DNA from: the human T2T-CHM13v2.0 reference genome, Homo sapiens
Length of the DNA: 64,000 nt
Assembly (NCBI RefSeq): GCF_009914755.1
Contig: NC_060928.1
Reading direction: 5' to 3' (one strand)
Under the pieces are notes generated by a model, which worked only from the letters and a program-made list of their open reading frames with translations, had not been told where the DNA came from and did not search any database. The first letter of the stretch is position 1. Each line of letters begins with the position of its first letter. This document shows positions 42,193 to 56,856 of the stretch, one piece after another. A program made the translations under genes and the position numbers.

Positions 42193-43218
42193 AAATGTAA
42201 AAGACCCAGCTCCTGCCCTCAGGTCATTCACGGTATGGAGAAATTTGGAGGAACAATAGGAAGCCATAGGTAATTATATGGGAGGAAATTACTGAAGTGC
42301 ACAATGTGTTTCGTGTCTGCCATACCACATTATGAACTCAGAGTGGAGACCACGGTTTTCCAATGTGTTTATGTTCTCCACAGTGGGTCCCCAAGAGCTG
42401 CGTACAAGGCAGATTAAAATATATCGGAAAAAGACCTGAAACAATGAAATAGGAGACTTGCAATGTGGCCAATTTTTTTAAAAGCAAATCTGACTTCAGC
42501 GTGTGTTAATAAGATTACAATATGCAACAGCTGGGTTTCTTTTGTTTCCCTGCTACAGAACCTAATTCTAACTAGCTTAAAGCATAAGAAAACGGGCTCG
42601 CCAAAATGGCAACACGGGAGGAAGGACGGGGTTTCAGTGTTCTATTAGCCTAGTAACTGGATCCATTTTTCTGCAATCCTCTTAGCTCTCTCCACCTCCA
42701 TAAACCAGCAGCTGGCTATTTCCAGGCTAAATATCTATGACACATCTGCTTCTATGGCTAGGAAGTATCTACCGTCTATAGATACGCTAAGAGACTTGCT
42801 TCAGCTATTTCTTGCAGAGGAGAAAGGAAAGATAAACTTTCCAAGATTCTCCTAGGAAACCTTTCCTCACATTCTTGGATCCTGACGAGTCACTCGCTAT
42901 TGGGATGGAATTACTTTTAAATCAATTGAACCGCCTTGGGGCTGGTCGAGGATTAGCAGGAACGGGGTGGCATTCCTTGAGATGAGCGGGTTGTGTGGGG
43001 GGCAGCCCAGTGCCTGAAGAGAGTGAAATGAACCCCGTGGATAACCAACAACATTCACTCAAGCATGGAAGGACCGTGCTCCAGAAGATGAGGAATCTTT
43101 ACCAAACTAGTGGTGGACACAATCACCCTGAGTGTGACCTGGACATTGGAAAAACAGATGTGAGCAAGCAAAAAATAATTGAGAAACACAGAACAAAACA
43201 AACTCAGTAACATATTCT

Positions 43219-43288
43219 AGGTCTGAAAGAACTGAGATTGTGTAATCTAGAGGAGGTCTGAAAGAACTGAGAATGCGTAATCTAGAGA
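43219..43288. repeat. 35-bp tandem duplication
   Basis: aggtctgaaagaactgaga(t/a)tg(t/c)gtaatctagag, two copies. Confidence 0.95.
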
Positions 43289-43384
43289 AGGGAAATCTTA
43301 TACCAATATTCTTATATTGGTATAAGAATAAACTTCCCGACAATAGAGGTGATAATTCCAGGAGAGGCTATCAGAGATCACTGG

Positions 43385-44105
43385 CGCTGGCATCTCCTTC
43401 CCTCTCCTGATCCTCAAATCTCAAGTGAGTTATCACTAGCCCGGTTCATTCCAGCTGTCAAATCTCTACCCTCCTCATCCTCTCATCCTCTTCATCCATA
43501 CAGTCACAGCTTTAACTCAGGCTACCACTTACTGTCCACGGGGCTATCACAGTAGCTTCCTTACTGTACTCTGCCTCCAACCTCTCCATGTTATCTGGAA
43601 AATGCTGAGTTATCTAACTAAAACAGGGGGGCAGGGGAGCATGTCGCTGCCATGCTTAAAACCTCTGATTAGTTTCTAGCTGTCTTCAGGATAAAATCCA
43701 AACTCATTTCCAAGGCTACTCAGGCCATTCAAATATGGCCCCACCTCTCCTACTCCACTTCTTTGACATTCAGTCATGACAAATTCACACCTTTAACTGA
43801 GGGGGAGAAGACCCTGCTTTTAGACCTTCCTGCATTTCATTCTGCTCTCTGCTGTTCCTCTATGCCTATCTACTTCTTCTCTGGAAACTTTTTTTTTTTG
43901 TTCTCCTTGACATAATTAGTCACGTTCTTAACAACTTGCACTGACCCGTGTATTAAATGAGATTGGAATTACTCGGTAATATGTCTCTTTTCTCTGTAGC
44001 CTGTTGGCTTCTCAAGGACAAGGGGTGTCCTGCTATCATTTCTGTCTACCTGGTTCCTAACACAGCACCTGGCACTTAGTTGAGAACTTATTAAATCTTG
44101 CTTTC
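43385..44105 (+). mobile_element. L2 LINE 3' region
   Basis: catgcttaaaacctctgattagtttc...caggataaaatccaaactc...cctaacacagcacctggcacttagttgagaacttattaaat. Confidence 0.8.
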
Positions 44106-46354
44106 AAAATTTGACTCATTAATTAAGGCAACTCCAACTTGGAGAATGTTAAAGTGTGGCTTTTTATTTTAAGTCAGTTTTGGATGTTTTAAGGAAAAGA
44201 CCAATTGTATTCTCCATTGACGTGCATTTTAGATTCATACATGCAGCAGGAGGAAAATGAGACTTACGAGAAAAAATAAATTTGCTAAAAAAAAAAAAAG
44301 AAATGAAGAAAGAATGGAAGGGGATTTTTTTGGCCCATAGCATTTGTCCCTATTGCCTCACTCTTGGTGGTTGCTTGACAACTTCTTATTGAATGAAACC
44401 TTTTATTCTCCAACTCAGACATATGGCATTTTCAACAACACATTTTGTGTCATGTTTGTTTGTTTTACACTAAAGAGAGATGCCCAACTTATTCAACTAA
44501 ATCTGTAAGGAAGTCTTATGCTGCTATTTCAAATGCATTGTTTTCCTGTCCTGTCAGTCACAAACCATTTTAAAATATGGGCTTAATCACCAGTATTCCA
44601 GGGGGCTTACCGCATAAGGGAGCTGGGCTGCAGGAAGGCTCAGAATCACAGCAAGTGTGTGTCTGGGCTCATAGGCGCCAACTGGCATACGAGCAGCCTC
44701 CAGCTGGTATGCACCTGCACCTGGGATCCCACCTCACCAGGACAAACTCAAGTTCCTGCCCTCAGCCTGGGCATGGGGCGGGGGAAGCGGGGAAGGAAGG
44801 GTTGGCCTTCTAGCCAACCTGAGAGTGATCCTGTCATGCGTTCGTACACCAACCGCTCTTCAAGAGATGGAAAGTCAGGCACGTGTTTATCCTTTTGATC
44901 GGAGAACAACGGCCTCACACTATTCTACAGCCAACCTGTTGGGGACAGATTTGGGGGTTGGTCTAGGAGTAGATTACTAAAAATAGGAGCTCTAAAGAAA
45001 AGGATGTCTTATTCCTGTTGTTAATTTTCAAGTGCCATTTTTTTCCATCCTAGTAGGTTCAGAAAAACTAGTAATTTGATCATTATCTAAACAGAAATCA
45101 ACATGAGGAGTTCTGTAATATATTTTTTTAAATGTCCTTTTTGACTGAGCATTCTGCCTCAGGAAGGACAGACACAGAAGTGTGGAGGGGAAGGGGGCAC
45201 CCAACAAGCCAGTAAGATCAGTTGAAAAAACACTAGTGATCCGTGGGGTGGCTTGTCAAAGCCAGGTCACCCTCAAATTCTAAAATGTGTCCACCATTAG
45301 GTCACCTTTATGAATTAATTTATTTTGGCCTCAAGAAACTGAACTAGATTTTCAAATTCGGTCTGTTAGAGAAGGGTTATATGTACTCTGAGTATTCACT
45401 CCCATATGGATTAATTTTATTAATAACTAAATTTATCTAACCATGTTCAACCTATGGTTACATTCACAAAACATTCATATACCCTATTGATATTCTAATG
45501 TTGGTGCTAATTTCTCATTTTGAGCAGAATACCAAAGTTTCATTTTCCAGTTTATATATTGGCCCTTCATGGACACATATTTACACTTGTTAGTGAGTTA
45601 ATTTCACACATTTAGACTTCAACAGTCATTAGTGTCATAATGATCACAGTAATTACATGAATAATGAGGCTTGAGTGATCACAAAAAGACAACTTACCGC
45701 AAGTGATGAGCAAAGTCAACCACTCTTGGCGACCAATGTAATCATTTCCAGGTTGCTTGGTATGAGTCAAAGACGTTTTCCTGCGATTCAGAAGAATCTA
45801 TTGCATATTCAGCTAAAATCTGACAGGTCTAATGATCTAATACTCCAGTTATTTAATGAAGAACGTGATGAGGCTTGCATGTTTACCAAACCTTGGTGTT
45901 TTTTAGTTATCGGCAGTAAGACCATTAAGGTACATAATTAAAAGAATTAAAAAGATGTGCATGTAATTGACATAAATACTACAAGTTATCTTATTCAGTA
46001 GCCAGTAATTACATTTGGTTAATTGTCTGATTAAGAATGCAACAGTGGGAACATTTTTTTTTCTTCCAAAGAGGTTCTACTTTCAGGAATCTATTCTAGG
46101 TGATCCCAAACCCTTGGTCATTTTGACCTTGGTAACTATGTTTGCCTGTCTCCCTATTCTGTACAGTTTTTGACAGTGGGGAGGATATGAGTGGTGGACA
46201 TCTCTGCTCATTGCAGCCTAAGTCCTATGGGTACTACCTGATGGACTGCGAGCTCCTTGAGGACAAAAGTGACTCTCATCAATCATTCTCTCCCCAGAAT
46301 CTTTTCCAATACCATTCTGATCATGTTTGCTATACACTGTTTTCATACACACAT

Positions 46355-46355
<1 letters not shown>

Positions 46356-46387
<32 letters not shown>
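46356..46387. repeat. (CA)16 microsatellite
   Basis: Seen directly. Confidence 0.97.
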
Positions 46388-46388
<1 letters not shown>

Positions 46389-47687
46389 CTTCCCCTTTAT
46401 AAATTCTCTGGGTAATAGGAATTCTAGTCACAATACTCATATTCTTACTGAATTATTTGAGATACTAGTCTGTTTTTAAAATGAAATTATAGCCATTTCT
46501 AATTTCATATACAGACACCACTCTCCACTCCTACCTCCAGTTCATGGCCTTGTGTAATGCATCACAGCATTTAAACTTCTTAAATAATATATTTTTTAAA
46601 TAATACATTTGGGTCTTTCATTAACCTGGAATTGGATTTTGCATGTTGTGTATGAGGGATGGGTTCAATTTCTTTTTTCATATGAATGACTGATCATGGT
46701 ATCATTTATTAAAAGTTCATCCTTTCCTCATTGATTTCCAATACCACCTTGACATTTATCGCTTGTTCAGCTACACATGCGTAACTCAGTTTCTTGGATA
46801 CTACTCTATTTCATTAGTCAGCTTATGCCAATATCACCGTGCCTTAATAACTTTAGCCTCACTGATTAAGCCAGTGCCCTCCCATACTGTTCTTCTGAAC
46901 AATTTCTTGGATATTCCTGGGATTTTGCACTTCCGTATGTATTTCAGAATTAATGTGTCAAGTTATAAAATTTAATAAACGTTCTTCTTTGGGGGAGGGT
47001 AGGTTACACTAAATCCATAGTTCAATCTGAAGGAAAATTGATACCTTTAAAATACTGAGTTTACTAATCCATGAATATGGTTCATCTTTTTTATTTATTT
47101 TAATATCTGTTAATAAAGTTTTATGATTTTTCTGTAACAGTCTTGCTCACATTTTATTATTCTTAAGAACTGTAAATTGTTGATGCTATTGTGAATAGTA
47201 TATTTTAAATTTATCTTCTGTTCAGAAGAACAGAAAATGCAAATAGTTTTAAATAATCCCTTTCTTGCAAATTTACTTACATTTCTTATTAATACTAATG
47301 GTTTATCTTCATATTTGAAGACATGTAGACTATCATATCATTTTTTTTAAATAGAAAGTTTATTTTTTCCTCCCCAATTTTTAAACTAGTTTTTCTTTCT
47401 TGTCTTAGCAGACTGTCTATGGTCTCTAACATAATATTGAATGGAAGTGGTATTGAGAGCCACTCTTAGAGTGATCTCAGAATATTTTAAATGTTTTACT
47501 GTTTTGCATCATATTGTCCTTTTTCAAAATACTTCTATTCCTAGTTTTTAAGAGTTTTTTTCATTATGAATGAATATTACATTTTATCACAGGCTTTTTT
47601 CACATTTATTAAGTTTATTTTTTTCTCTTTAACTATGGATGTGTTGAATTACATTCGATTTTCCAATGTTAAATCAACCATGTGGAA

Positions 47688-48030
47688 CTGTCATTAATTG
47701 CTAGACTGTGCTGCATTTGATCATCACCATTTCAATTAAAGCAATCATTGCTGCATGTCCAACAGGTTTCAGCAAGGGACCTATGCTTATTTTAGTCATT
47801 CCAGGATCTGAGCTGATGGACAAACCACCTTGATACACATGCCTCCACGTTCATCATCACATAGGAGCAGATGATCAAAAGAAAGATCTTTCTGTGGCAA
47901 TTGAGTGCTCTAGCCCAAAAGTGGCTCATAACACTTCTGCCCACAGCTGTTTTGCCAGAACTCCTTATATGGAAGTGGGGAAAATGAAAGTCTACCATGT
48001 GGCCAGGAGTGGGGAAACCAGTATAAGAAA
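47688..48030 (-). mobile_element. Old MLT1 (H/I/J-like) LTR fragment inside L1
   Basis: aagtggctcataacacttctgcccacagctgttttgccagaact...gggaaaatgaaagtctaccatgtggccagga. Confidence 0.55.
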
Positions 48031-48037
48031 ACCTTAG

Positions 48038-48351
48038 GGACAAGCATGGTGGCTCACGCCTATAATCCCAGGATTTTGGGAGTCCGAGGCAGGCAGATCA
48101 CGAGGTCAAGAGTTTGAGACCAGCCTGACCAACATGGTGAAACCCTGTCTCTACTAAAAATACAAAAATTACCTGGGCGTTGTGGTGCACGCCTGTAATC
48201 CCAGTGACTCAGAAGTCTGAGGCAGGAGAATCACTTGAACCCAGGAGGCGGAGCTTGCAATGAGCAGAGATCGCGCCACTGCAACTGCAGCCTGGGCAAC
48301 AGAGCAAGACTCCATCTCAAAAAAAAAAAAGAAAGAAAGAAAGAAAAGAGA
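48038..48351 (+). mobile_element. AluSg-like, full length, with A/(GAAA)n tail
   Basis: gatcacgaggtcaagagtttgagaccagcctg; TSD aagaaaaccttag at 48025-48037 and 48352-48364. Confidence 0.96.
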
Positions 48352-49494
48352 AAGAAAACCTTAGAAGCCTCTAGCAGATTTGCATTTCTAAAACAACTGC
48401 ACTTTGTTGTAAGAATTACATTTCTATATGTTACTGGATCTCCTGCACCAATATTTGATTTAGGATCTTCTCGCCTACATTCATGAATGAAATTGATCTG
48501 GTAATACGCTTTTTTGCCATGTTTTGGCATCTAGAATTTGCTCACTTCAAAAGAATTGATGTGTTAATATACTTTTTTGTCGAGTTTGGGCATCTGGAAT
48601 TTGCTGACTTCATAAAATGGGTTTGAGACTTTCTCTTCTTTTTTACATTCTGGAATAGCTAGTATAGAATAGGAGCTATTTGTTATTTAAATGTATGGTA
48701 GACCAAACTTGTAAAAAAGACTAGGCCTGGAGTTTTATTGACAGGAACAGATGAAATTTTTTAGAAGCTTGACAATATTAAGAGTTTCTATTCTTTCTCA
48801 AGTTAGTTTGATAAGTTATACTTTAGGAATTTGTTCATTTCATGAGTTTTCAAATTTATTGACAAAAATGTATTCGTGTGAATCTAATATTTATAGCATT
48901 CTTATTTTTAAAATTTTAATGTTATTTCTTTTCTCTTTCTTTTTCTTTTTATCCTGAAAAATTGCTAGGAGTTTGGCAATTTCATTAGGCTTTTCAGTGA
49001 AAAAATTGTTGGCTTTATTGATTCTCTCCTTTTGTTTTCATTTTTATTTTACTTCTGCTCTTTATTGTCTGTGTTTCTCTCTTATTTTGTTGTTATTTTT
49101 GTAACTTCTTAAAAGTGCATGTTTTATTTATTAATTCTTAGTCTTCTTTTCTAATATAAGCATTTATGACTTTAAATTTTCCTCTAAGTATTTTTCAACT
49201 GCATTCTACAAGTTTGGGTAAATCGGTAATGAAATTTGGCTATTTCGTTTTTGTTCATTTCTCATTTTTTCTAAATCCCATTATAATTTCTTTTTTGACT
49301 ATGAGTAATTTAGAAATAGATTTCTTAATTTCTAAACATATGGGAAAGTTCTACTATCATTTTTATTATTTTGTTTTTAATATTTTAAGATAATTTTAAA
49401 TCTATAGAAAAGAAGAATAATATAAAGAACTCCCACTTACCCTTCCCAGACTTATAGTTGTTAGCTTTTATATCTTCTCTCTGTCTGTATGGGT

Positions 49495-49518
49495 GTCTAT
49501 GTGCATATATGTATTGAG

Positions 49519-49565
<47 letters not shown>

Positions 49566-49720
49566 CTATATACATATATATATGCATGTATGCCTATATA
49601 CATATACATATATTTTGTGTGCATTGATATATATATCTATATATATATACAAAATACATTTTATATAATATATAATACATATGATATATACTATTATATA
49701 CACACACATGCTCATATGTG
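49495..49720. repeat. (TA)n core (about 49521-49558) within TA/CA low-complexity sequence
   Basis: Seen directly. Confidence 0.95.
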
Positions 49721-51504
49721 CCTTTAAAATTAGCCTTGTTGAGGGTGTGCAGGTAGTAAACTTACACTTTCTCAGTTTTTGTTTGGAATTCTTTATTTCA
49801 TCTCAATACTTTAAAAAAATCGAATTTTAGATCGAGAAGTTTGGGGGTGCTTTTTCACTATGCATAATGAATATATTATTATATATTATCATCTTCTTTG
49901 GTCTGTTGTTTCTGATGACAATTCAGGGGATATCCTAACTCTTGCTTGTATGAAGTTAATCTGTCTTTTCTCTCTGACTACATTCATGATCTTCTCTTTG
50001 TCTTTAGTATCTTGCAGTTTCACTAAAATATGCCTAGGTTTACATTTCTTCTTATGAATCTTTCTTGTATTTCACTAGATTTCTGGGATAAATTGATTGA
50101 CGTCTTTTCAATAAGTCTGAAAAAGTTTAGCCATTATCTCTTTAAATGTTGCTTCCGTCATTTTCTGTCTCTTCCTCTTCTTCTGAAACTTTAGCAAGAA
50201 GTATGTTATACTTTTCCACCTTATCTTCAAAGTCTCTAAACTTCTCTTGCATGTTTTTATTGCCTTTTGTCTCAGGAATCAAATTTTTATATACATAAAT
50301 ATTTTACTGTTTTCTAAGTCACCTGTTTTTTCCTTAGGTGTGTCTAAACTACAGTTCAACTTATCAGCTAAATTTTTCATTTTCTTTATTACACATTTAT
50401 ATTAAAAGTTCTTCCCTTGATTTTTTCTTTTTGACTTTTTGAGACATTTTAGTATACTTATTTAACATTCTGTGGCTGATAATTTTAATAAGCGAACATT
50501 TTATGGGTCTAAATCTGCTGTTTGGAACTTCTACTGGCTTTTGCTTATGACATCTTGTTTACCTTGTGTGTTTTGTGATTTGTTTGTTTATATAAACCAG
50601 ATTTCTCAGGAGTGAGTGTATTTGTTTTTGAAGCACTACCAGTCTGAGTCTACTCTAAACTAAATACTATTTTGAGGTTTTTGAGTAAGCCTCAAAATTA
50701 TGAATTACGGACAGTAGGCTGCAACTGTTGGTGAGGTCTGGCTTATAACTATGAATTACTAGGGTACGTTTCCAACCTTATTCCTGTTTAATTCCAACAT
50801 ATGATATAGAGTATTTTTCTTGCAGTCTTCTGGGCAGGGGGTTATTTTTCATTTCCCTTGATGCTAATTATTTACCCCCTTAGGTGCAGGTTCATGGACA
50901 GGAAAGGTTCTCCTATTAGAATACACACATGGTATGAGCCATGAGCTTTGAACCCCTCTACTTCTAGAAGATAGGAGAACACAAATGTCAAGATCACAAT
51001 CTAGACACATGCTCCACAAAGCAAAATCATAACTTAATGTTTCAGTTACTTTGCTGGTTTCCACTTGCACTCAGTCACTAGCCCGAGTATTTTCTGCACT
51101 GACTATATTTGAAAGAGGCTTATTCCTTTGTCTACTTTTTTAAAGTTTTGTAAGTTTTCTAGCAATCCATGCTGTTTTAGGAAATGTCAATGCTTTGTAG
51201 GTTAATAGGCATTTTAGTTCAATCAGGGTTCTCCTCTGAATTTGGAGAACCTATAAGTAAGACTAGAATTGGAATAAAATATTCTTATGGGATGTAGATA
51301 TATGTGTATAGGGTCTTAAATCTATGCATTTTCAGTTGAATATCTTTGTCTGTAAAATTACCTTCTATGATTTGATCCTTTGTGTCATATAATAAATACT
51401 CTTCTTTTTTATTAAATATATTTTCTTAAACCAATTTAAAATTCAGGGACAGTAATTTATATTCTCTCTTATTTGGCTCTATAAATATTCACATGTTAAA
51501 ATTG

Positions 51505-51690
51505 CATTTTCCAAAGTGTACTAAGGATCAATTGCATCAGAGCATCTTGGAGAGGTAATTAAACATGCCTATTTCTAGGTCCCTCCTCAGGCCTGCTGAA
51601 TCAGAATCTCTCATAGTAATGCCTGCAATCTCCATTTTAAATAAATAATGCTCTTTGTTCCCATACATCATCAAGTTTGAGAATCATATG
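51505..51690. mobile_element. MER5-type element
   Basis: tgcatcagagcatcttggagag...cctgctgaatcagaatctctc...aagtttgagaatca. Confidence 0.75.
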
Positions 51691-53760
51691 CTAAAATTTA
51701 TTTTAGAAATGCAGATTTGGTTTTATGTATTTGTTTTCTGGCACTTACGTGCTTTTCTTTCTTTATAGTATTCTTCTGACATTTCAGTTTTCTTATATTT
51801 TTGGGTGTTTAAATATTCTTAATATTACTCTGTTTGAAATGGAGTTTAAATGTCATTTAAAACAACAATATACTCCTGACATTTCCTCTGTCCATCTCTT
51901 TTGTATATTCAGAAAATGTGGCATAAGGCTGATTTGGGGGCTTTCTTCTTTGGAGTGCCAAAAAATTACATCAATGTATCAATTAACTTTATGTGCCACT
52001 CACCATGGAAAGAATCCAAACACTGACATTTACAAAAATAAGGCCCCTTGAATGTTAGCAGCAGGCACTGGAGCCTATTAACTGTTGAAACCGATAAACT
52101 CAAATCAACTCAAAGGGGAGTTTTATAGATAAAGTGGCCTTGACTTATCATATTCCATATCTATATATGTGGATTCTCTTCATATTTCACATATCTATAT
52201 ATATTTACTGTATCACAGATTTTTTCTGAGTTGAAGACTGTTGATTATATGCAAAATTAAAAGAATATATTCTTCTGATAACATTTATAAGCATTGTTAC
52301 TAAATAAATTAAAAGGCCAGTCAAATGTAATAATTACATATTATCAAAATAATCAAATAATAGATAAGACGCTTTGTAGGATTACCTGTGATCTTCCTAA
52401 AAAGAAAAGCTGGGAATTACAGTGTGTTTTAATTATCCAAGAAAATCAAGAGGGAAATAAGCTACTGTTACTCTTTTACCAGTGGTCATTTTTTACTTTT
52501 ATTTTATTGATATCTATTTTACCCTAAGCCTCTATTCTATTTAAAATATCTAATTCTATATCTGCCTGTTTAATTCATTCTCTTCTTTTATTCTTATAAC
52601 AAGCTTTTAAATTGGCATGACTGAAGTGCATAACTAACCAATTCCCCATATATGAGTTTTATAACAATCTCTTAAATCTTAATATTTGCACCACATTTTA
52701 AATATTTCTCTGCAACTCCCTTTTCGCTGTTGCTTTTGCTATGTGAAGCTCAGTAGCAGCAAATCATATGCATGAAGCAGGTGTCCTCTGGCTGGGTCAA
52801 TTAGCTTAAGATGTTAAGAGGTCACCTGAGCATAATCACAATTGTTTATGGTAGACCAAGTCCAGACATCTGTAAGGTTAGGTACACATCATGGTATTAA
52901 GTATGCTTCAAATTATCATTTTTGAGGAAATGTTAACATTGAAATTGTGTGTATTGATATTATTGATCACTAAAGTATCATAGACAATATGATGGATGGA
53001 CATAGTATACATTTGCATCTTTCCTAATTCTTCAGTGAGCCTGCAGGATGATAATTCAGAAGAAGCTCAGAAATGAGCCATTGAGGATAGAAATGAGTGA
53101 AGGACAAACCTCTATTTTTACTTACTCTATATCCCTAGAGTGTTTTGTTACAAACAGATTCCATCTTCTCTAAGTTCCTTTGACTAAAACCTTCTCTTCA
53201 CTTTTAGGGACTATATTAGGTGAACTCGTTATTATATTCCCTGTTGTATTAACTAAGCTTTTCCTTCAGTAACGCAATTTATTTTTATCTTGAAATTAGT
53301 AGCAGCTTTATGACTTTTGACAACTTCATATCACCTTCAAACTCATCCTTACACTCACCTTTAGATACAAAATGTTCAAATTCAAACTATATTCTCTTTT
53401 GAAATACCAATTAAATTTAGAGGTGATATTAAGGTAAAAATGAAAGTAGAAAACACTAGAGCTTTACTTAATAATGTTATCATCAATCTCCATGCCTGGG
53501 GACCAACTTAGGGTTGAAACATAGTCCTAACAAGCTGCTTGTAATATGTTCAATAACTCTTTTTCCTTGAATGGGGTCCAAGGTAGCCCCTGATATATAC
53601 TAACTTCTGTATGATATTGAATCTTAAATCTTGTGAGGCTCCAGTATACTAAGAATTTGAGTCTCATCTTTTAGGCAGATTTTTAGCTTTCATCACAGTA
53701 AGTGTTGTCTGCAGAATGAAGAACTTTTTATGAAATTTACAGAAGATAGAACTTGAATAT

Positions 53761-54465
<705 letters not shown>

Positions 54466-54580
54466 AATACGACATGGAAATACGCTGTGGGAGAACACCC
54501 CAGATGAAATGACCTTTATTACTGATGATTTTATACCAGTTCTTTAATTCTATTTATTTCTCCTTATAAAGTTGAATGTA

Positions 54581-54999
<419 letters not shown>

Positions 55000-56694
55000 T
55001 CAATCTAGCTTGTCCATAAAAACGCATTTAAATGGTCCTCCCTCAGCCTGCTGCTAACAGTTGTACTCTTACATTATGTATGAGTCTTCGCTTGTTGCAT
55101 GAACAAACTGCATAGTGTTCCATTAGTGATTTTCAATTTCATGCTAAGCTTTGCAATTTATTAGTGTTATTTAAGCTAATGTACTATTATTTTGCATATT
55201 TTATATAATTTGTTATTCATGCAATGTGATATTTAAGTATTGGGGATCAATAAGTCTACTTTGTTTCTAAATTTGTATAATTAAAGACATTCAATTAAAT
55301 ATCCTACTACATCGACTTTGTTCTGGGAATTGTTTTCTACGAAATTTTTTCTATCCTTTTCAAAACTTGAGGCTATGTTTTAGTAAGCAGAATTTTTTAA
55401 AAAATATTTTAACAGGAGTATTTGATTATGTGCATTGAAGCTCTATAGTAATAAGATTCAAATGAATTTGAATTATGAAATGTTAAGTGATGACAGTGAG
55501 ATGATTTTGTACAAATTTTACTATATAACCAGGAAATCTGTAGATCACAGACTTAATTTTTCACATTTACTCATCTCTGTAGTGATTGTTTTAAATGCTA
55601 GAATGTGAAATCTACTAGATAAATCTCTATTTTTTAGGTTAACATGTTAGTGGATGGGGAAGGAAATCTATATTATATCTCTAATATATACACATACACA
55701 CACATACATACAACCTTAATACAGAATTAAGCGTTTGTGCAACCTCCCTATCTGGCACACTTACTTTGCCATTCCTCTCTATCAAGTGCAAGGGCAGGTA
55801 TGGAGATCCAGTTATAAAATTTCTGCCTGCTTTGGTCTTTGCACCACATGACTGGTAAGACCTTCCTGGATTCATGCATTTATTAACGCTCTATACCTAA
55901 AAACAAGACTTGTAAGAGCAAGAAATTTAGTTGGTCTCACACTAAAGATAAACCATTTCCTGAATTTCTGCAAAGACATATTAGTCATTACTACAGGTTA
56001 CAGCGGGTGTTCCTGAATCCTGTTTAAACTGGAAGAGGGCAAATGTGCTTCTCTCAGAGAAGGATTATTCAGTGGCTTGAGCCTCTTATTCTTTCCTATT
56101 GGCATCTTGCACCTTTCTTCATTTTCCTACTAATAAGCTTTCAGAGCCTGGTCATTCCTATTTACGCTAAGGTTCTTTGTAATATTTGAAAGCCCCTTCT
56201 GAACTCTCTCATGTGCATGCTCTTTCTTCACTGTGCTGTTTACTTGTAGGCATTTGAAGTCATTTTCCTACATGGTTTTTTAATATATTTCAAGGCCTCT
56301 TTCCTGCCATTTTTACTATTTCCCTGACTATGAATATCTTTAAAACATTAGAACTGCTTATTGTCTAAAATTCATAAGTCATTTGGAGTTTGTCTATAAA
56401 TAATAAAAATAAACATGTGAAAATATTTTGAAATTTTGAAATGCTATCTTTTTAAAAAAATCTTGCTTTGAAAAAAATATAGAATACTGCTAAGAATATG
56501 AGCTTCTCTTCAGGACTGAAGGAGAAAAAACTTCTAGAAACAGCTTGTTTGTAGGTTGCATTCTAGATTGTTTAATAGGATATTTTATGTCTTTGTGAGG
56601 CTCTCTCCAGGGAAGACTGTGGTGACATAAATCTAATTTTCCTGTTGACTCAACTTCGAGATTTAGTAAGAATTTTGTTTGAATCATTTTGGTT

Positions 56695-56788
56695 CAATTT
56701 TTTGAAGATTATTAAGAGAAAATGATTATTTGAAGATTATTAAGAGATAAACAATTGTTTGAAGATTATTAAGAGACAAGACAATTTT
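56695..56788. repeat. Three-copy minisatellite, period 28-29 bp
   Basis: Identical core tttgaagattattaagaga at 56701, 56729 and 56758. Confidence 0.95.
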
Positions 56789-56856
56789 GCCTGGGTCTGC
56801 ATTTCCTCAATTCATTTTTTTCTTTATTTTAAAGTAATGGTTCTGATTCTTTAGTG

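Larger units (their letters stand above)
46590..51130 (-). mobile_element. Ancient L1M remnants (decayed ORF2 and ORF1-like segments; probably several fragments) with nested LTR, Alu and AT-rich repeat
   Basis: T-rich plus strand with antisense L1 motifs: atcatttattaaaagttcatcctttcctcattg, ttatgccaatatcacc, ctaatccatgaatatgg, taaattttcctctaagta, cttctctttgtctttagtatcttgcagtttcactaaaatatgcctagg. Confidence 0.75.

Noticed and set aside
42640-43000. Possible old MLT1 LTR remnant
   Set aside because: Too degenerate to call or delimit by eye.
53353-53362. Strong minus-strand donor AAG|GTGAGT
   Set aside because: No convincing acceptor within exon distance.
56701-56776. Repeat-spacer-repeat pattern resembling a CRISPR array
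   Set aside because: Only three 19-bp repeats with related 9-10 bp spacers, no cas genes, mammalian context.
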